Shown in pieces: positions 30,306-45,515 of a DNA stretch of 64,000 nucleotides (position 1 is its first letter; every line of letters starts with the position of its first letter). The position numbers and the translations under genes were made by a program. Where the stretch lies: NCBI RefSeq assembly GCF_009914755.1, contig NC_060925.1; one strand, given 5' to 3'. Source of the DNA: the human T2T-CHM13v2.0 reference genome, Homo sapiens. The notes beneath the pieces were generated by a model. That model worked only from the letters and a program-made list of their open reading frames with translations. It ran no database searches and had not been told where the DNA came from.

Positions 30306-31029
30306 GTCATAACTATATACTCTTTTCTAACCTGCTGAAGTTTAGCTTTTACTAGTGCAAACTGAGCAGGAATAGCGAAGTTGAAATTAATTAAAAATAA
30401 GCAGAGAATAAATTTTAAAATAGGCATAGTACTTAAAGGCATATACATGGTTATAAAGCCACCTATGATACTCCAGAAAAGATGACTTGAAATGTTTATT
30501 TTTTATTAATTTTTTAAACCAAGTAACATAGAGCCTTATTATATTCATCTCTACGCCTTCTCCCTGTTGTCATTCTAATGAGCTCATATATAAGGGAAAA
30601 TCATTTGGTTAGGATAACTAGACCATGAAGAACCAGGCGTTGAAGATGCCCAGAACCAGAAGTCAGATGCTTCTCATTTCAGCTCCCCATCCTCTCTGAG
30701 AAGCTTCCTCTGCATAGTCACAGACAGGGCCCAGCAGCTCCAAGTCTAGTATTTAAAGTCTTGGGTAAGGCCTCTGATCGGCTCAGCTGATTGGGGTCAC
30801 CCTGCAGTTAGAGGAACTATACTTGGCAGGCCCCATTTGAACCACAGAGATGAAGTCAGGGAAGTCAGTTCTCCAACAGTGGGTGGGACATTCTTGGAAT
30901 TAGGAAGGAGAACCAGGTAGCAAATATTCTGTGATAGATTCAACAGGAGGCTTTCAGATGGCTTTTTTTTTTGAGGTTAATAAATAGAAGGGCTAAATCC
31001 AGATTACATTAGGACAATATCGAACATTT

Positions 31030-31160
31030 GTATAACATGAGGTAGGCACTGTTATTTCTGTTTCACCAATAAGAAAACTGAGGCTCGGGGATATTTAGTG
31101 ATTTGCCTAAGGTCAGAGTAGTATGTAACAGAACTAGGATCTGAACTTGGTTCCTCTGAA
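31030..31160 (-). mobile_element. MIR fragment
   Basis: aagaaaactgaggctcgg...gtgatttgcctaaggtca. Confidence 0.65.
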
Positions 31161-31604
31161 ACCATCCCTCCTCTGGGCTTTCTTGGTTTTGCCTACATTG
31201 TTGTCAAGGGATACTGAGTGCTCAGGACTATTCTGAGCAATGATAGACAAGAAGTCTTATTCTTGGAAGCCAGGTGCTGTTTGATCTACAGCAGTGAACC
31301 AGTAGTAGCTATTGACTGTCTTAAATTTCCAGGAAACTCACACTGTCCTCATCCCACTACTCATTGGACCACATATTCTGAACATGCTGTCACATCAGCT
31401 TTCCTTTCTAGCTCTCCCTTTCCTCACTAGGTCAAACAGTATACAAGCCATCACTTATTTGTTATAAAGTAATAAGCAATGGATAGGAATCAAAGAAAAC
31501 ACATGTGTTACAAGATTATTATTTTTGTAACAAGATCAACAAAGTTTTGTCACTGTGGAATGCCCACAGAAATTGCCTTTCCATAGAGGGGAGATAGAAG
31601 AGAG

Positions 31605-31785
31605 GAATGGTACAGAACCTGGGCACAAGTCCTGGCCCTGCTACTTACAGCTCTGTGTCCTTAGGCAGCTTCATTTAACCGCTCTGAGCTATTTTCCACT
31701 TCAGTATATGGTTGATAATGGTACTTACTTCATAGGACAATGTATGTGAAACCATTATGCTTAATAAATAATAGCTATTACTACC
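31605..31785 (+). mobile_element. MIR
   Basis: cctgggcacaagtcctggccctgctacttacagctctgtgtccttaggcag...tacttacttcatagga. Confidence 0.65.
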
Positions 31786-32094
31786 ACTAATAGCAGTAGT
31801 GGCACTTATAGAAAGTGTGTCAGAGGTATAGAATTTGCAAGAATATTGGGCAAGCCTGTGGGTTTAATACCCATCTCAATATTTATTTCAAAAAGCGTAA
31901 GGTTCTTTACAATTCCATGGTTGATATTTTTCCATCATTGTGCTGACAAAAATCCATGCTTAAGGGAGCTTATTTTCTACTTGGGAAAGACAGGAAACAA
32001 ATAAATACAAAATGTCATGTATCCTATAGTAATACATTAAGTAGAGAAGGCAGTAGGGAGAATTGGGAGAGTGAGTTGTGATTTAAGAAACTTC

Positions 32095-32424
32095 GGCTGG
32101 GCAAGGTGGCTCACGCCTGTAATCCCAGCACTTTGGGAGGCTGAGGCAGGTGGGTCACAAGGTCAGGAGTTAAAGGCTAGCCTGGCCAAGATGGCGAAAC
32201 CCCATCTCTAATAAAAATACAAAAAAAAAAAATTAGCCAGGCATGGTGGCGGGCGCCTGTAATCCCAGCTACTTGGGAGGCTGAGGCAGAGAATTGCTTG
32301 AACCCGGGAGCCTGGGAGGTGGAGGTTGTAATGAGCCAAGATCTTGCCACTGCACTCCAGCCTGGGCGACAGAGCGAGATTCTGTCTCAAAAAAAAAAGG
32401 GAAGGAAGGAAAGAAAAGAAAAGA
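32095..32424 (+). mobile_element. AluS (Sg-like), full length, with TSD
   Basis: TSD aagaaacttc at 32085-32094 and 32425-32434. Confidence 0.95.
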
Positions 32425-32788
32425 AAGAAACTTCAAGGGCAGCCTGTGTGATAAAGATTAAGTTTCTGGTATTGCAATAACCTCATGACCTGAAAAGCGT
32501 ATTACCCATATGGCAAAAATATTTCCAAGCCTCAGCCAGAGGTTCAGGCAAATGTTAGTACAACAGGCAATGCAGAAAGCATTTAGACAAATTCTTAAAA
32601 TTTATATATCCCCATATAGTTTGTATTTTTTGTCTATCTTCCCTTTATTTCCACTAATTTTCTGGCCTCTATGATACTTTCATTCTCTGATGTTCAACTT
32701 AGTGTAGATTTTTTTTTCTTTTCTGGTGTGCCTCTTATAGTTGCCAGCATAGGGCTGACATCTCACCAGGAAGAAATTGGCTCTGTAA

Positions 32789-32986
<198 letters not shown>

Positions 32987-33592
32987 TAAGTAGTTTTTCC
33001 TCTTAGAGTTTTAATTTAAAAAGCCAAAGCAATGTCTTAAGAGGATGTGGGTCAATGAGCAGCATTATTCCCTTTCAGGAGCTTGCCTGCACTGACTTTG
33101 GTGAAGAACTAAATTCTGCAAGTGCTCCAATTCTTGGCAGCTCCTGGGAAGAGAGATGCTTAATTAATTCAGAATGCAGGTATCCCTTGTTTAAAGTAAC
33201 CTCTCAATACACTGCATTGTAACCTTCACATTGTTGGCATAGGCAACCAATTGCTTTTTTAACCTAATACCTCAACCTTAAAGGTCTTCAGACTGGATCA
33301 CATTATGTGCTAGGTGTGTGACTGAGGTATGATTTTGTAGAACAGTGTATTCATATTGGATATGTAGTGACAACTGTTCATCCTACAGATTAGTGTCATT
33401 TCAGGGCCTCTAAACATTGACTCTGGAAGAGTCTTAGATATAGGAGAAATCCTTAGGGTGCACGGCCTCATAGCAGTGGCAGGATGATTCCCTGGTCAGG
33501 GAAGGACTCTATAAATGACTGCCCAAGGGTGTCATACCATGGCCCTCTAAGACACATAGATGTTACAAGGCAGGCCACCATTTCCCCAGAAG

Positions 33593-33886
<294 letters not shown>

Positions 33887-34486
33887 AGAATTTTTTAAGT
33901 GGTATATGAAAGGCTTTTCTTCCCTGAGATATCAGATCTCTGATGGTAATCATCAAAATCTTTGACATAAACAAAATTTTCAGCCAGTATTTCCTGCCTT
34001 CATCTATGCCATAAAGTGAAGGAGACCTGTAGTAGTGTTTTAATTCTGACAGCTCTTTAATTTATTTACTCTTTATCCGGGGTCTAAATTGAGATTTGGT
34101 GGGGACTAAACTGAAATTTTTCATACATTTTTGAAAGCAAGAGAATGTTAAGTGCAAAAATGAATAGAGTAGAAGTGGCCTATATTTTAAAAATAAAATT
34201 TATTAAATGTATTTTTAGTTATATGAATTTGAGTGAGATAATTTTATTAGAAGAGGAAACTAATATGATTTTATTAACTTGTATATTGTCAATTTTTGAA
34301 AGTAATAAATGGGTGCCTACTATAGTACTTAGAATTAATAAACATTTATGTAAATATTGATGAATAAATAAATTTTCTTTTAAAATGTTTCGTAAATTTC
34401 CTACTTCTCCATCTTATCTGGCTTTCATCTCCCCGTTAATAGTATAATAGTAGCACCACTTCACTGGATGATCTGAGCTGTTCTGC

Positions 34487-34511
34487 TTTTTTTTTTTTTT
34501 TTTTTTTTTTT
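34487..34511. repeat. Poly-T tract (~25 nt)
   Basis: Uninterrupted T run. Confidence 0.9.
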
Positions 34512-37259
34512 AAATATATAGTCTGAACTAGTTACTGTTTAGTGCTAGGTGGAAACATCTCCTCACTGGGAGGTGAGTTCAGGTCGTGAAAAATAGAAAG
34601 CAGAGAGAAAAGAACTCATGAGATTTAAATATTTACTTATTCCACTAAGCCTGGAATGTAAGGCTTCCCACAGTCAGCCTCCATTTATCTTTCCTAATTT
34701 CCCATCCTATGTTCAGGCACACTGCACTACTTGTTCCTTATGCTTTTCTGCTCCATGCTGCTACTCAGTGCTGTGTCTGCTTTTTCAACAATCTTCTGCC
34801 CAGATCTTCTTATTTGATAAGTACACCACTGTCCTGATTTTCTCAAATGCCGTCCACCCCATCTTTTCCTGATCATAGCTTCAGCTACAAGTCATTGTCT
34901 TTCTTTTTTGAATTCCACGGCATTCACCCATACCCTTTGAGTGGCCCTTATGTTTCTGCCTCATAATGGAGCCATGTTCTCTCTTTCTAAACTGAGAGCT
35001 CTCCAACAGTAGCAGGCTCTTTGCTCCATGATAACATTTTCCCCAGTACCAAAGCCAGGGGTTTCCACACAGTAGATCCTTGGACATTGCACAAATGTTG
35101 GCACAAAAACATTTGGAATCACCTTTAGAATTTGTAATCAGCAACATAAGAAGCCACATTATATACCTTATTTGTTTACCAGAAACATTTTTACCTAGCT
35201 TAAAAATTCCTTATTTTCACAATACTTCAATTTCAGTAGATTTACTTTTTTTCTGAAAACCAGGGTCCCCTTAATTTACAAAGATTTGCCACCTTTAATG
35301 ATATTCATGGAGCGGTTTTGAGTTGGGCAACATTGTTAAATTAGCATTTTAGCTTTCAAAGGAGCCCACGGCACAGATGACCCTGCTGCTATGTAGAGGA
35401 CGGCATGTTCAAAGGCCTGCTCTTTCTTTTAAAAACGTGTCTTACTGTTTTGTACGTATAATCTGCGTGTGTTGGAACTCTGTTTCCAAATCTGTCCACT
35501 GGCAACTAGGTGACCCTCTTTAGAAGCAAGCTTATTGGCCTCTCAAAATGCAAAGAAATATAAGACCGTAAGTTTTCATGATCAAGATAAACCCTTTGCC
35601 AGGTAGAAATAGTTTTATTAACTCAGAGCCGAATTTCTAAAGCCTTCGTGTCTCTCAAATACCAGCTTTAAAATGATTTATAAAGTTTTAAAAGTAATTT
35701 TTATTGCTTATAAACAATTTTGAAAACACAGAGAGGCTAAGGGTAGGAGAAAATGACATATAACCCAAAGATAATGACTGTGAATATTTTGGCGTATTTT
35801 CTGTTGTTTCTTTTTTATTCCTCCCAATCCTCCCCAAAATAATTTTTATTATCATATATTTTCTCTCAATATTTATCACAGTAGTCCTCTTTCATTTAGA
35901 CATAATCAAGTGGTTTTACGTAATAGCTCCTATATGCCCCTATGGATAGGGCCAATAAATCCTACTCATAACCTGCAGACCTAACTTCAACAGAACAATG
36001 TTTTACTTGATTATTTATTTGTTTGTCCGTAATAATAATCAAATGGCAATGAAGAAGTAAATGGAAGGATTTTTCAGGATGTTATAGATGGCCTTTGTTC
36101 CTGCTTTTGCTGACAGTCAAATATTGTGCGTGAATATTCCTTTCCTCAGTAGCAAAGCTCCTGGGAAAACTCCTGCCTTTTGGTTTCCAGCATCTTTCCT
36201 TTCAGCACCATTACATTACTCTGTACAAAATTGAAATGCTCAATAAATGGCTGTTGACAGACTGGCTGTCCATTAAGTTTCCAAATCCTGTAGTGTTTGT
36301 TCCTAATTCACTATCCTTATTAGAAGGCACAGTGAATTCTATAAAGCACCGTAAATAGCCAGTTTTATTCATCTAAGTTTCATTTTAGGCAGATAATGTC
36401 AAATTAGATTTAAAAAAAAAACAACCTTGATTTGTGTCTTGTAAACAAGGCTTCCATATTCCTGCCTTGGTTTTGTCTTTGGAAAGTCCTCTGAAAGTGT
36501 AGGTAAAATGGGGAAGAGGCAAAAAGATACATAATATTTAAGTTTTGAAACTCTTTGAATATATCAATGGCAATATAATTATCCAACACTTTGTAGTTAC
36601 ATTAGAAAATAACTGTTGTTTTGTAACTAGAAGTTGGTCAGGAAATAACTTCTATTCTTTAAGGTCTTGGGGGATCAGGAAATATCCTCAGGACATATTA
36701 AAGCCAGTGTGTCAGGTGATTTGAGTATTTTGAAGCAGTAAACACTCAAAAGTAGCTTTGGTAAACTTGGTTTCATCTTTATGTGTAGTCTTAAGATAAT
36801 CTCTACCTCCTACATGTCACTATGTTAAAAATATTTCAGTTTAAATTTTTTTTTCCTGATGAGATAATAAAGATTTCTATCTTGTCAGGCTTTTTTAGAA
36901 CTTAAAAAAACCCATTGTCTCTACAGTATTTTCAAACAACACTTGGCTAGGATTTAGAGCCATATCTTTGACCTGTGCTTTATGAAGAATTTTCATTATT
37001 CAGTCCTATAGACTGAATAATATGTTAATATTTAACATATTAAAATTCACATATTAAAATTTATTTAAAAATAAATGCATACTGTTTGCTTTTTAAACTG
37101 CAATTGTAAAGCATGTTCTTGGTTTTCAGTGATAAAGTAGACTACCATTTAATGTTAGCATGCTGTTGAAAGTAGCCCTTTCATATGTTATTGGGAGAGT
37201 CAAACTTTAAGTCTAACATGGAATCCCATTTGTGGTGCAGGAATCCACGTACTGAGTAG

Positions 37260-37544
<285 letters not shown>

Positions 37545-39512
37545 TAATTATACTAAGGCGTGTTCTGTTGCTCTTTAACTAAGGTTGCTCGAGCTTCTCT
37601 TGATATCCTGCTCCTTCTTCAGGGTACAGGGAATTTTACCTCTTTTATTAGCTTGAGGTTGTTTTCTCAACAGCAAGTCTCCTGATCCTTAGCGCCTGGT
37701 TTTCTGCTTGCGCAGCCCCGTCTTTCTCAAGTAGCAGATGATAGTGCCTGATGGGCAGGTCCACTGAGCTTGAGTAAGTAGACATCAGAAGCACATCTTT
37801 GCTTTTGAGGTATTTATCATAAATATTTAAGCCTTCCTGCCCCTTCCCCTGCAAAAAAGGAAAGAAAGCAAATAAGCATGGTAGAAATAGATGAGTTTTT
37901 AAATAGGACTTTAAAAATACTTACCTTTGGCACTGGCATCAAGCAGTTTGCTAGCACATTCTGATTGCGGTGCTCCATGCTGCATTTTCTGTGGCACTCC
38001 CACTCACTAACTCACTGAGGTGGGCTAAATATGATCCCTTGTACAGATGGGACCCCAGGAGTTTGAAGTGATGAACCCTAAGCCACATATGTAAATCAGT
38101 GATTGAACTGATGAGCACTTTCTGAACCTGATTTTTCTGGTTGTTTAGCTTATTCCCACCTACCTTTCAAAATGCTCTCAGCGTGAGTGTAAGTTGCATT
38201 CAGCGGTTCAAGATGGTTTCATTTAAAGAATGAAGTTGTAGAAAGAGGAGAAATGGATGGGTGCATACAATTTGTGGATTGCACATGTGTTTTGATATTG
38301 TACATACTGCTAATGTGCCATAAGTGTTATCTGGGCAAAATCATACCTACTAGCCTAAAGGACAGTTGTGCTGTGGCTTATATGTATTTGCCATGAAGCC
38401 TGCATGGAGCCCTACATTTCATGCAGGGATAAAGGAAAGTGATTTTATATGAAAGTGATCTTATGTATAAAGCTACAAAGAATAGTAGCTTTAGAATAAG
38501 AAGCTGCAAAGATATTTTTCTATATCATATACTCTTTTTCTACCCAAGCAGTGGCTGCCACCTGTATGGTTGGGGGCCATGTTAACCAACTGCTGCTTTC
38601 CCCCACAGAACCATCACAGCACTAGGAATATCACAGATGCATAATAAATGTTGAGGCTTGGAGGCATGGAGATTAAGAAAACCGTTGAAAGCCAAACCTG
38701 ACAACACAACATAGGAGCTGCTAATTTGAGGTTCTACCCATTCAAAAGCAAATACTTACAAAGTATGTTCAGGTACTTAGGGCTCCATAAAACTTTACAT
38801 TTGTGTATCACATAGACAGTCAGTCAACCTCTGCCTTGGAGGAACCACCTACTTGTTGCAGATTATTCACTATTTTTATTTTTTCCCCCATGTATATTAA
38901 CTTCTGGGTTCTGGCCTTCAATGGATAAACAAACAAACAAACCCTAGACTTAGGGCCAGGGAAACTGTCCCTGTTCATTTTATTTCTTACACAGCCAAAT
39001 AAACTTCTTCCCTGAGGCTGAGAATGTTAAAACATGTGATAATAGAGACAGTCACTCCACATATTGCCGTTCTTTTTGAAGATGCTATAAAATTCTAAAA
39101 TCTTCTCTGTGGATCTGTCATTCAAGAAAGCCTTAACTGGGGATTCAAATTATACCTCTGTGTTAAACATCTGTTCCTTTAGTTATTTTCCACAATAGTG
39201 CCTTTTTAAATAATTATTTGATGCTCTAAATATACTGTTAAATATTATGCAAGCATTTTAGATTTTGTTTGGGGGACATAAAGAGGATTGAAATGATTTT
39301 AATAGCTGTAATTATGGATCCCAATGACCAACTCTATGACGAAGGCAACTTGCAGAGCAGAGGCCCAGCCCTGGGGACAATGGGCCTTCCATGCTTCATG
39401 CTCTCCCCGTTCTCTCTCACCACCAGCTGGGAACTAAATTCCACTATTGTCCTGAACTGGCTTGTCTATTCTTGCCCTGACTTGATACTGTCACAGCTTG
39501 ATTTAAATAGGG

Positions 39513-39517
<5 letters not shown>

Positions 39518-39562
<45 letters not shown>

Positions 39563-39571
39563 GTGTGTGTG
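39518..39571. repeat. (TG)n microsatellite
   Basis: tgtgtg... with two ta interruptions. Confidence 0.95.
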
Positions 39572-41154
39572 GCTGGAATTTCTATTGTAAATGCAGAACA
39601 GACACAGAAAACCAACTGGGAAACAGCATTATGTAAATGCTGTTTCTGCAGGTGTAAGGGATTTTAAAAACGTTTTAGAAAACTGCATGGATTTAAATTT
39701 ATTTTGCCTTCTGCTTTCATGCAAGATACCTGGGAGACAGTGAGAACAGACAATGCAGTGTCACCTTGCATCCTTACATGTGATGTCCTGGCTACAATCC
39801 TGCCCGTTGTCCTTGGTATATGAATAACACTTCATCTCAGTAAGAAATCATGCATAATACTTCTGGCTCATTTGCTAGGGAGGGCTGGACTACTAACCAC
39901 TCCAGCTTGAGGGTCCCTTCTCTTTACATCTCTCTCTTCTTACATTACTACGGCCTGGGGTACTTGGCCCACTTCTGAGATTAAGCAGAGATGGAAATAA
40001 AACTTTCCCTTTCCTGACTGATCTCATTATAGCCACAGCTCATTAGAGTTTCTCTAAGGAAAACTAAAGGGAAGCAAATGAGAATGTCCCCTTAATAAAC
40101 ACTGATCAAACTGTGTTGCAAAAGCATAAAACCTGATGAACTTAACAAAGCTTCGGTGTTTTACTGCTTGTATAGAAATTTGTGGTTTACCAAACATATT
40201 CATATTTTTGTAAAGCCCAGTTTCAGGGTTTTATTTTTGTTCATTCTATTCTATTTTGTTTTGTTTTATTTTAATAATGCAGTTTCCTAGGCATAGAAGT
40301 TCCTACTACCACCATTACTGTGTTTGAGGAAGCCCTGATTTGGATCTTTAGGTTGGCACTTGGCTTCCTCAGCTCTTTAGTTCTTGGATTGTAGGAGAGA
40401 GGCTTGGTGCCTAGCACTATGCCTGCCACCCAAGAGGAGCTCCCTGTTTGTTTCAGGAACGGTGTACATAAATAAATTAATGGCTTTTTAAGTGACCCTT
40501 CCTCGGTTGTTCCTCCTAGAAGATCCTGCCTTTGCTGTGACCTTTAATTTTTCTTTCCTGTTCTGGGAGTCTGTATCATGTGCACCTGCTGAATGCAGGA
40601 TGGGGTTAAAACCTGCAATGGGAAGTGTCTGGATCATTGGGGATTGGAGTGCCAGTCATTTTGGGCCTGCAGGTGACCCACTGAAGATCCAGTCACTTCT
40701 CAGCTCATGTTCTTAAGGCCATCTTCTGTTGGCTTTCTCCATGGGAGTTCTTTTCTAGAATCATTTCAATAATATTACAACTATCTATAACAAGTGTTCC
40801 ATAAATTGTTGCCTTAAATAAAGAATAGGGTCATTGTGTTCTATTAATTGCAGAAATGCTTGCTGAAAGCACATGCAATGTCTTTCCTCTTTAAGGGGCT
40901 GGCCATCCATTTGATTTATATAACATATAGACATAGCTCAAATTATTTCCAAACCCCCATAATTTTTTTGTTTTTTCCTAGTGTTGAAATTTAGATTAAA
41001 ATAGAAAAATTAGTAGGAGAGACAAGCTTATTGCTTACAGCAGATCAAGCAATTATATTGAACCAATATTTGAATCTCCTCTGGCAAATTCTTATGTACT
41101 TTTCTGTTGTCCTTCTTGTCTTTTACCTCCTGGTCCTTTGACTCCCAATTGCAG

Positions 41155-41295
41155 GTTTGTGTGCAGCTTGGTGTATTATGGCCTAACTCTGAGTGCGGGT
41201 GATCTAGGTGGAAGTATTTATGCCAACCTGGCCCTGTCTGGCCTCATAGAGATTCCATCTTACCCTCTCTGTATCTACTTGATTAACCAAAAATG
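41155..41295 (+). CDS. SLC22A15: SLC22A15 coding exon (141 nt, phase 2->2): [46 protein letters not shown](W)
   Basis: Long pyrimidine tract ending ttgcag; donor TG|gtgagt; SLC22 'YYGL' and 'EIP' motifs. Confidence 0.95.
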
Positions 41296-42464
41296 GTGAG
41301 TAAGTGTGGATGAATATGAAGTGCACCATAGAGAATGCACACATACACATATGCCCTCTGATACACATGCATATCTATATGGTGTTGTCTTTGTATGCAG
41401 TATCAGCTGATTGCTCTGTGGTGATTAGAGTTTCTTTCCATCTAAAAACAGTTAGAATTCATTTCTTAGTGCAGGATTTCTTGAGTTTCATGTTTACGAG
41501 TTTTTATATAGATTTCAATTCAATATTGAATATCGAAATCCAAGATAGTATTGAATATTACCATCAGAGGGTTTATGAGTAGTCTGTATGTAATTTGTTA
41601 GTCTCCAGAGATGAGATTATTAGTTCTGTGTAGATGAAACTCTATAAACCCAATTAGCAATAAATATTTAGAAGTTCTTACAAGAAGACAAATAATTGAA
41701 GGAACTAGAAAGACTTTTCTTATCTTCTGTGGCCCATCTTACTTTGTTGAGGAGGCAGAAGATAAAACCTTCTTTTGCTACTCATTGTCAGTGGGCACAG
41801 TTTTGAGATAGATTTTAAACGTTATTTTATAGAGCACCCTTTCCTCAGTTTTTGAGATTGCTTCTGTTACTTAGTGCCTGACCAGGCCACTTAAAAATCC
41901 CATTCTGTATGAGCTGGGAATCAGTTGGATTATGCCATTTCTTTTTCTCCAAAAATCATCATTCCAGCCAAACTCAGAATTTCTTTGGTGTTGTGCTTAA
42001 TGCCCTTGTCATGAGGTTTTAGTCTAGAGTGTTTTGAAGGGCAGGTTTGGATTCTGTTAAATTGAAGGCTTGTCTCCCAGGGAGTGTTCCCAGTTGCCTC
42101 TGCTGATCCCTGTGATAGAGGCTACAGCTTACTCTCATCATGATCCAAGAGCTGGATCAGGTATTGTATTCAGAAATCTTTCCCAGCACCCCCAGTTGTG
42201 CCAGATGCCTTTCCTCTGTGCTGCTCTAGCACCCTGTGCATACCTCTGGGGCCACTTAAAAGTGTTATAAGGAAGCCGTCCATGGGGGTATCTTATGTGT
42301 CTTTGTATCCCTGGTGCTTGCCTAGCATGGTGTGTGTTACTTGAAAGGCCTTCCATATTGACTGTTAAATTAAGCAAAATGACCTGGAAAAGAACACTCA
42401 AGACCTTCTTAGCGCCCCCCAGAGTTAGGATTGAAATCTGAAGCAGAGGGAAGGAATGCTACCT

Positions 42465-42640
42465 TTGTGACCAGGCAGACCTGAATTCAGATCTAGTCTT
42501 TGCCATGTGTTCGTTTTATGACTTTGACAAGTTTCTTCACTAAGCCTCCCTTCGTACTTATCCCCAAACCAGGGATTGTAAAATTCACTGGCAAAATTAT
42601 CAAAATTATTGAGGTTCCTAGTAAAAGTACCTAGCATGTT
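42465..42640 (+). mobile_element. MIR
   Basis: ccaggcagacctgaattcagatc...tgactttgacaagtttcttcac...gtaaaagtacctagca. Confidence 0.6.
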
Positions 42641-43199
42641 GTAAGCCCCTAGAAAAGGGAGACTTTCTAATGTTAATATCTTTCTTCCAAGTCTAAGGCT
42701 TTTATTTGAAAATTGCTTCTTTCAACAAAGTATGAAATAGCATTTCACTTATTTCTAACCCACTGACAAATTTTTTTCTGTGTGTATTTTTAAGAGAGAG
42801 AGACTTAAGAAAAATGCCAAAACTTTAAACTGCATAAAACCAGAAAAGGTAACCAGAAAATAAAGGGAGCTGTTAGAATATTCTCCTTGTTTCAGTTTCA
42901 TTCTCTAAAAGATGGAGAATATAATAGTACATGCCTACAGGAATTTTATTAGGATTAAATAAGATAATAGATGGTAAACATTTAAAACAGTGTCTGAAAC
43001 TTAGGATTTATGGAAATAGATAGAATGATACTATGCCCTTTTCTCACACAAATCACTTAATCCTGCCATCCAGCAACTTTCCCTTTGTTTTATAGTGGTT
43101 ATTTATTTTGAGTCCTAGTCAGTTTCCTATCAGTCACATTTGCCACTTAGCCTTAAGAGGAGATGAACATATATAATGAAACTGAAGATTTTTAAATAA

Positions 43200-43385
<186 letters not shown>

Positions 43386-45219
43386 TGAACAGTACTTTCA
43401 TTACAATGAATCATAATATAGTGGAGAGATGACCATATGGCATGCTTCATTTCTGTGATTGCATATTGTTTAGCAATTGTGTGGGATATAATGGGCCAGA
43501 TTCTTTCCTTTGCTTCAGCTATTCTCTGGGTGAATAATGTGTGTAGAGGTGCACTATTAATTCTTTCAGGCTATTAAGCTACCATCTGGGGTGACTGAGA
43601 TGTAGTATTGGTGATGTTAGAGTTGTTTATTTGATGATGAGGAGGACTGATTAGTTCTTCACAGAAAGAAACTTCATCCAAGGTTGCAAATTGCACTCGT
43701 CATTACAGCCAACCACAAGATTGCAGAGCAGAGCCACTGGTTCTCAAAGGTGGCTTTGGTACCCCTCAAATCTCCACCATGACTCTCAAGGAACTCCGAC
43801 AACAAGAATAATGGGGATGGTATTCACTGTTGGTGACAATGGATAGTCTCTTAGTCTTATATAAATGTGAAAACACCTAGTTAGGAAACTGATATTTTTA
43901 TATATGTGTAGCTTTTCTATGCAAACACAGCTTCAAGAAGGATCCCTTTAGCATTCTAATATAACCTGATTACTGCCCCTGTGTAGACATTCTGTAGCTA
44001 TTGCTGGTTTTCAATCTCTTTTTTCACTAGCACACCTGAGGTATGACAGTGATTGCCTTGGGAACTGTGTTTTTGGCCGTGATTTTCTAGAAGGAGGAGT
44101 GAGTCACAACAACTCTCTCATGCTGGAGCATGTGATATAACAAGAGCCCTGTCTTAGGGGCTTTTGGATTTTGATAGGGTTCTGTTATGGAGCTTGCACT
44201 CCAGTAGGCAATCATTGTGAGACGATTTGACGTAAAGTTTTGATAACTACTGGAAATGCATGAAGAATTCATTTTTTGTCAGAGTATATCAGGTATTAAA
44301 TACTCCTTTTGTAAATTGCTTCTTGTGGTTCATTTCTGCGTGTCTCATTAAAGACCCCAAGGCCATGTGTTCTCCCTGTTTTATAACCCTCCAGTATATC
44401 TACTCTGCTGTTGATTGCCCCCTGAGTTCTATACCTTGAGCCTCGAGTGTAATTTGCTCACTACTTAGAGTTTACCCAATACTTAGAACAGCTTTAAAAT
44501 GATTTTCATAGAATCATGGAAACTAGAGAATTGAATAAATTTGCCCATTTTTTATTCTCTGAGCAAATGGGTGCTCCTGCTAATGCTAAGTAGAGGAGGA
44601 ACTCCCCAGCTATTGCCCTGCCATAGACTTGTAGAACTAGGTGCTCAGTTTTGTTTGTCTTCTGGTAAGACTGTGATGGACTTCAAATCGTTGTAGTTTT
44701 ATATTCAGCAGATTTTGTTTTGCACAGGTACCTTGAGAATTCAGTTTCATTTTTTTTTTAAGCTGCAATAATAGTCCAGCTTTCTGTTTATTGCCTCATA
44801 GAGAAAAACTTGTCACTAGTCCTATGTACACACCTGTAACCTATCACACCTTCATAAGCCAGGCCAATTAATATCTTTCCTTCCCTCCCACTTATTTGCA
44901 CACTCCAGGTAACCTATCCCCTAGGACTCTACATGTGGCCCTTTCTTGAAATGATCTCTCCTTATAAATAACAAGACAAAAATCCATGGTGAAGGCAGAT
45001 GTATGGTCTCCCCTCCAGACCAGCAAGTACCACTCTATTTAATTACAATCTGTTTTAAGAGAGCAGCTTGGACCTTTGTTGATTGTGCCCCTTTATGGAC
45101 ACTGAATAAGAAACAGCGTAGCAGAGTATCTTTGGCACTCCACAAATGTGCCTCAGGAGCATGTTGCCTCTGTTATACTTAGAAAACGTGGATGTATTGT
45201 CTATTTTTAACGATTTCTT

Positions 45220-45515
45220 AGCTGGGCATGGTGGCTCACACCTGTAATCCCAGCACTTTGGAGGCTGAGGTGGGTGGATCACCTAAGGTCAGGAGTTCGA
45301 GACCAGCCTGGCCAACATGGTGAAACCCCATCTCTACTAAAAATACAAAAATTAGTTGGGCATGGTGGCGGGTGCCTGTAATCCTAGCTACTAGGGAGGC
45401 TGAGGCAGGAGAATTGCTTGAACCCAGGAGCTGGAGGTTGCAGTGAGCCTAGATGGTGCCATTGTATTCCAGTCTGGGTGACAAGAGCAAAATTCTGTCT
45501 CAATTTAAAAAAAAA
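45220..45515 (+). mobile_element. AluSx/Sq-like, full length
   Basis: gctgggcatggtggctcacacctgtaatccc...gagcaaaattctgtctc followed by A-tail. Confidence 0.95.

Noticed and set aside
37018-37042. AT-rich inverted repeat taatatgttaa-tat-ttaacatatta
   Set aside because: It is a short AT-rich palindrome with no supporting context.
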